From Candidatus Thorarchaeota archaeon (GTDB lineage Archaea > Asgardarchaeota > Thorarchaeia > Thorarchaeales > Thorarchaeaceae), in the NCBI GenBank assembly GCA_046482545.1, contig JAWOEX010000013.1, positions 52,318 to 116,317 on the forward strand: a stretch of DNA of 64,000 bases, read 5' to 3'. Position numbers and translations under genes: made by a program. Under the pieces are notes generated by a model. It had not been told where the DNA came from. It did not search any database and saw only the letters and a list, made by a program, of their open reading frames with translations. The stretch's first letter is position 1. Each line of letters opens with the position of its first letter. Shown one piece after another: positions 61,037-64,000 of the stretch.

Positions 61037-62011
61037 TTGCGCGAAAGGCCAACCAATGATTCTTCTTTGATGAACTTTGCTCCGGAAGTGGCTCGCGACT
61101 TTCAGGTGATTTTGAAAGGTTTGCAGTCGCTTATGCGTTCTCCATTAGCTCGCCAGCATCTGGTCTTGACTGGCGGAATCGCTCTTCATGTGTTTCATTC
61201 CGAAGGCAACCCAAGTCGGCTTACGAAAGATATAGATTTCAACTTCAGATCTTCAGATATCGAGGATGAAAAAGAAGTCCTAGAAACATTACGAAATCAG
61301 ATTGACGAAATTGTGAAAGAATCTCTAGTATCAATTGGCGTTGATCCTGCAAACATCTACGTGAATCCGTCCTATCCTCTTTCGCGAATTGGTGGCCACG
61401 TACCACTTGGAATGAGAGGACAAACCCTGGATCTCAAAATTGAGGTGGGATATACGCGTCGCATTCCTCTGCTTAAGGATAAGGAAATCACCTTAGCTAA
61501 CGAATTTGGCATAGATGAAATTACAGTCAAAGTACCTCAACTGGAGGAGGTAATCACATCCAAGATGGGTGCTCTTCTTAATCGTGCCTATCCGAGAGAC
61601 CTCTTTGATGTTCATTATGCTATGAACTTGTCCTACAACCCTTTGCTCTTGCGCAAGTGTTTCATCATGGAGACTCTGATGGTCTTGGATGCTCCCGTGT
61701 GGGAGACGGATTTCGAGAGCACTATCAGCGGTATCAGCTACGATACAGCTTTAGCAAATGTCTTACCGGTTCAATCAGCTACGAAGGATGAATTCATTCA
61801 AATGAAGGAGATGGTTATCAAGAAACTCAAAGAGGTAGTGAACTCTCTTACTATCGAGGAGCGTAAAGGTATCGAATTATTCTATTCTGATACGGAACTC
61901 GATTTTACTCTACTTGATGCAGAGAGTGTGTTTGCTCCATCTATCTCCAAACATCCTTTGCTAAGACGCCAGCTTCAAGAAATGAAGGAGTTGCAGGAGC
62001 ATAAGGACTGA
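61037..62011 (+). CDS. abiEii: type IV TA toxin, AbiEii nucleotidyltransferase
   Basis: LTGGIAL...RLTKDIDF, KIEV, K..AL..R..PRDLFD. Confidence 0.9.
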   Translation: MRERPTNDSSLMNFAPEVARDFQVILKGLQSLMRSPLARQHLVLTGGIALHVFHSEGNPSRLTKDIDFNFRSSDIEDEKEVLETLRNQIDEIVKESLVSIGVDPANIYVNPSYPLSRIGGHVPLGMRGQTLDLKIEVGYTRRIPLLKDKEITLANEFGIDEITVKVPQLEEVITSKMGALLNRAYPRDLFDVHYAMNLSYNPLLLRKCFIMETLMVLDAPVWETDFESTISGISYDTALANVLPVQSATKDEFIQMKEMVIKKLKEVVNSLTIEERKGIELFYSDTELDFTLLDAESVFAPSISKHPLLRRQLQEMKELQEHKD

Positions 62012-62176
62012 GTCTTCCCTCAACTAAGTATCTCATGGTTTGTAGCACTTGTGGCTTGACCAAGCCGTTGGAGGAATAGAGACGGCTTGGTGTGTCAGGT
62101 CAAAAGACTCAATCCACGTACTGCTCATAGAAGTATGAGTTCAATAACCTCTCTCAGAACAAACCGGGGAGTATAA

Positions 62177-62198
62177 TCAACTAGCCAGAAACGGGTTA
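62177..62198 (+). repeat. degenerate copy of the element 3' end directly upstream of tnpB
   Basis: TCAACTAGCCAGAAACGGGTTA versus consensus TCAACTGTAAGAAACRGGTTA. Confidence 0.6.
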
Positions 62199-62220
62199 GA
62201 AATTTATAAGATATGAGGCG

Positions 62221-63858
62221 ATGACGATGGATCGGTCTCAAGGGACGACAATCGGTGTCAAGGTACCAATCAAGTACGCGGCGATGACAGACCGGACCCA
62301 GCAGCGACTGAGGCAGATTGTTGGAAGAGACACACGGGCCATCCTTGCCTTTCTCGGTGTCATCGAGGAACACGAAGATGAGTTGTTGAAGGGGAAAAAG
62401 GGTACAAGAATCCATGCTGGTGAGCTGGACAAGCTCACAATGACTGCCATCAAGGTCAAAGAGGGGTACGAACAAAGGTTGACTGTTCCCCATGACATGA
62501 AGGAGCGGTTTCCCCGGATATCCCAAAACGAGCTAAAAGAGTGCAGACAGACGGCTGTCCAGATGTACGAAAGCTACTTGGAACTGCGGTACAAGAATGG
62601 CCAAAGGGTATCACGTCCATGTACGAGGGTATCTTCGTCTCGGCGCATCCCCCGGTGGGTCTTCTCCCAGCGATTCCAGCTTATAGAGAAAGAGACCAGC
62701 ACCGCTAATTGGTGGCTCGACCTCCGGGATTCCCTAGACTCAGTACCTGAAGGACGAAGGGTCCACGACCGGCTACTGATACCTCTCAATGTCTCGCCAT
62801 TCCATACCAATCAGTTTGACAGAGGTGAAATCAAAGCACTACAGATCTTCACGGACAGACAAGGCAAGTGGTGGGTGTCCTTTGCGGTCAGAGTTGACAC
62901 GCCAGGGCCACCTGATGACGACCTCCCAGAGGCGGTCTTCGGTATCGATCTCGGTATCGAGAAAGCCGCCTGTACGACACTGGTCACCGCCAGGAGGGTC
63001 AGCAAGACCAGGTACTTCGTACAGGAAGATAAGGTCGAACGTATCAAGGAGCTCGATGATCTGGTTGCCCAGCTCCAGCACGAGATGCATACCCGGAAGA
63101 ACAAGGGTGAATCTCACGATGACGTAGCAGCACGACTGCGAAAACTGAAGGGCAAAAGATACCGGGTGGCAAAAGAGTACGACCGGTTCATGGTCAGCCA
63201 GATGCTCGACTACATCACCGAGCTCTCTGAGCGATACACCCTTTACGTTGCCATAGGCAGACTGAAGAACATCAGGTACGCTGCCCGGCGCGGCAACTAC
63301 AGGGGACGCAGGTTCCGGGGGATGATCCACTCCTGGGCGTTCGCACGCATCACCGAGAGCCTCAAGCACAACCTTGAACAGCTCGGCTGGCCAGTCGAAG
63401 GCAAGGGTGCACGCTTTCAGGCAGTACCTGAGAGCTGGACGTCGATCATGTGCTGGAAGTGCGGTAGCAAGGGTGTCAGGCCCAAGCAATCGCTTTTTGT
63501 GTGTCATACCTGCGGGTTTCGCACCAATGCCGATAGGAACGGCTCATTGAACATCGCACGTCGTTTGATCAAGCTCACTCCTTATCTAAGGGATGAGACA
63601 GGACTAGGGCGGTGGGCCACTCCTCCACAGGAGAAGCGCCTAGCCCCGAAGGCTGTAAGGAAGACCCGTTCTTCTAAGCAGAAGTCCTCACTCTCCAAAC
63701 AAGGGGCCCCATCAGGCCCTGGAGAGTCCGCGGCTGTTCACCATGTCCAGACGGACCTCCTCAGCTACGGCGACAAGGCTGGGGTGGGTGATCATGACCA
63801 CGCCGTGGTAAGAACTGTGGAAGACCTCGCTGTCGCCGGGAGTGATGACCCGGAATGA
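62221..63858 (+). CDS. tnpB: RNA-guided endonuclease TnpB (IS1341-like, no tnpA), rearranged RuvC-II
   Basis: GIDLG (D243), AIGRL (G346), PESWTS (E404), CWKC/CHTC zinc finger, NADRNGSLNI (D438). Confidence 0.93.
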   Translation: MTMDRSQGTTIGVKVPIKYAAMTDRTQQRLRQIVGRDTRAILAFLGVIEEHEDELLKGKKGTRIHAGELDKLTMTAIKVKEGYEQRLTVPHDMKERFPRISQNELKECRQTAVQMYESYLELRYKNGQRVSRPCTRVSSSRRIPRWVFSQRFQLIEKETSTANWWLDLRDSLDSVPEGRRVHDRLLIPLNVSPFHTNQFDRGEIKALQIFTDRQGKWWVSFAVRVDTPGPPDDDLPEAVFGIDLGIEKAACTTLVTARRVSKTRYFVQEDKVERIKELDDLVAQLQHEMHTRKNKGESHDDVAARLRKLKGKRYRVAKEYDRFMVSQMLDYITELSERYTLYVAIGRLKNIRYAARRGNYRGRRFRGMIHSWAFARITESLKHNLEQLGWPVEGKGARFQAVPESWTSIMCWKCGSKGVRPKQSLFVCHTCGFRTNADRNGSLNIARRLIKLTPYLRDETGLGRWATPPQEKRLAPKAVRKTRSSKQKSSLSKQGAPSGPGESAAVHHVQTDLLSYGDKAGVGDHDHAVVRTVEDLAVAGSDDPE

Positions 63859-64000
63859 CGACAGGAGACAGAAGCCTGGACCGCGGGAGGAATCCTATTC
63901 CGGTGAACGTGGACAAAGCCCCTGCTAACTCAAGGGCCTATGGGTACCTTGGGAGCGGCGACGCTGGCTGGGGAAGGGTGGAACACAGAAGTTTCCTCAG
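63600..64000 (+). ncRNA. putative omegaRNA scaffold overlapping the tnpB 3' end; continues beyond the window
   Basis: Exactly this segment is conserved in the dispersed non-coding copies, which carry frameshifting indels; the window ends in the 5' arm (GTTTCCTCAG) of the terminal hairpin. Confidence 0.8.

Noticed and set aside
62221-63858. Nuclease-dead TldR-like call based on the missing canonical RuvC-II glutamate
   Set aside because: An alternative glutamate (E404, ExxTS) and both aspartates are present

Overview
Archaeal chromosomal DNA of about 47% GC, most likely Asgard and Thorarchaeota-like. This is inferred from the TFIIB, the archaeal LeuRS, a longin-like protein, and selenocysteine machinery paired with a eukaryote-type SECIS. 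The window has five main components. (1) A Sec cluster (selB, sepsecS, tRNA-Sec with 9/4 fold, pstk), plus an uncalled 50-aa VhuU-like selenoprotein whose stop UGA is itself the core of a SECIS. (2) Hemerythrin/redox genes sharing an 18-bp palindromic operator. (3) A probable nucleobase-catabolism region with two tungsten AOR-family enzymes. (4) A cysteine/Fe-S/thiolation regulon with its own shared palindromic operator. (5) An AbiE toxin-antitoxin pair. The most striking system is a transposase-less 545-aa TnpB with a Fanzor-like rearranged RuvC site at the right edge, together with at least seven dispersed non-coding copies of its ~400-nt 3' (omegaRNA) region. The copies share a precise 3' end (hairpin-GAAAC-RGKTYA-Y), three carry their own promoter-like left end, and several sit directly at start codons. 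Unlike canonical IS200/IS605 elements, four are flanked by imperfect 18-26 bp direct repeats; in three of these the first 6 bp (the would-be guide seed) are perfect and the distal part is mismatched. This pattern suggests RNA-guided target choice with the guide renewed at each hop. That mechanism is a hypothesis, not a demonstrated result.
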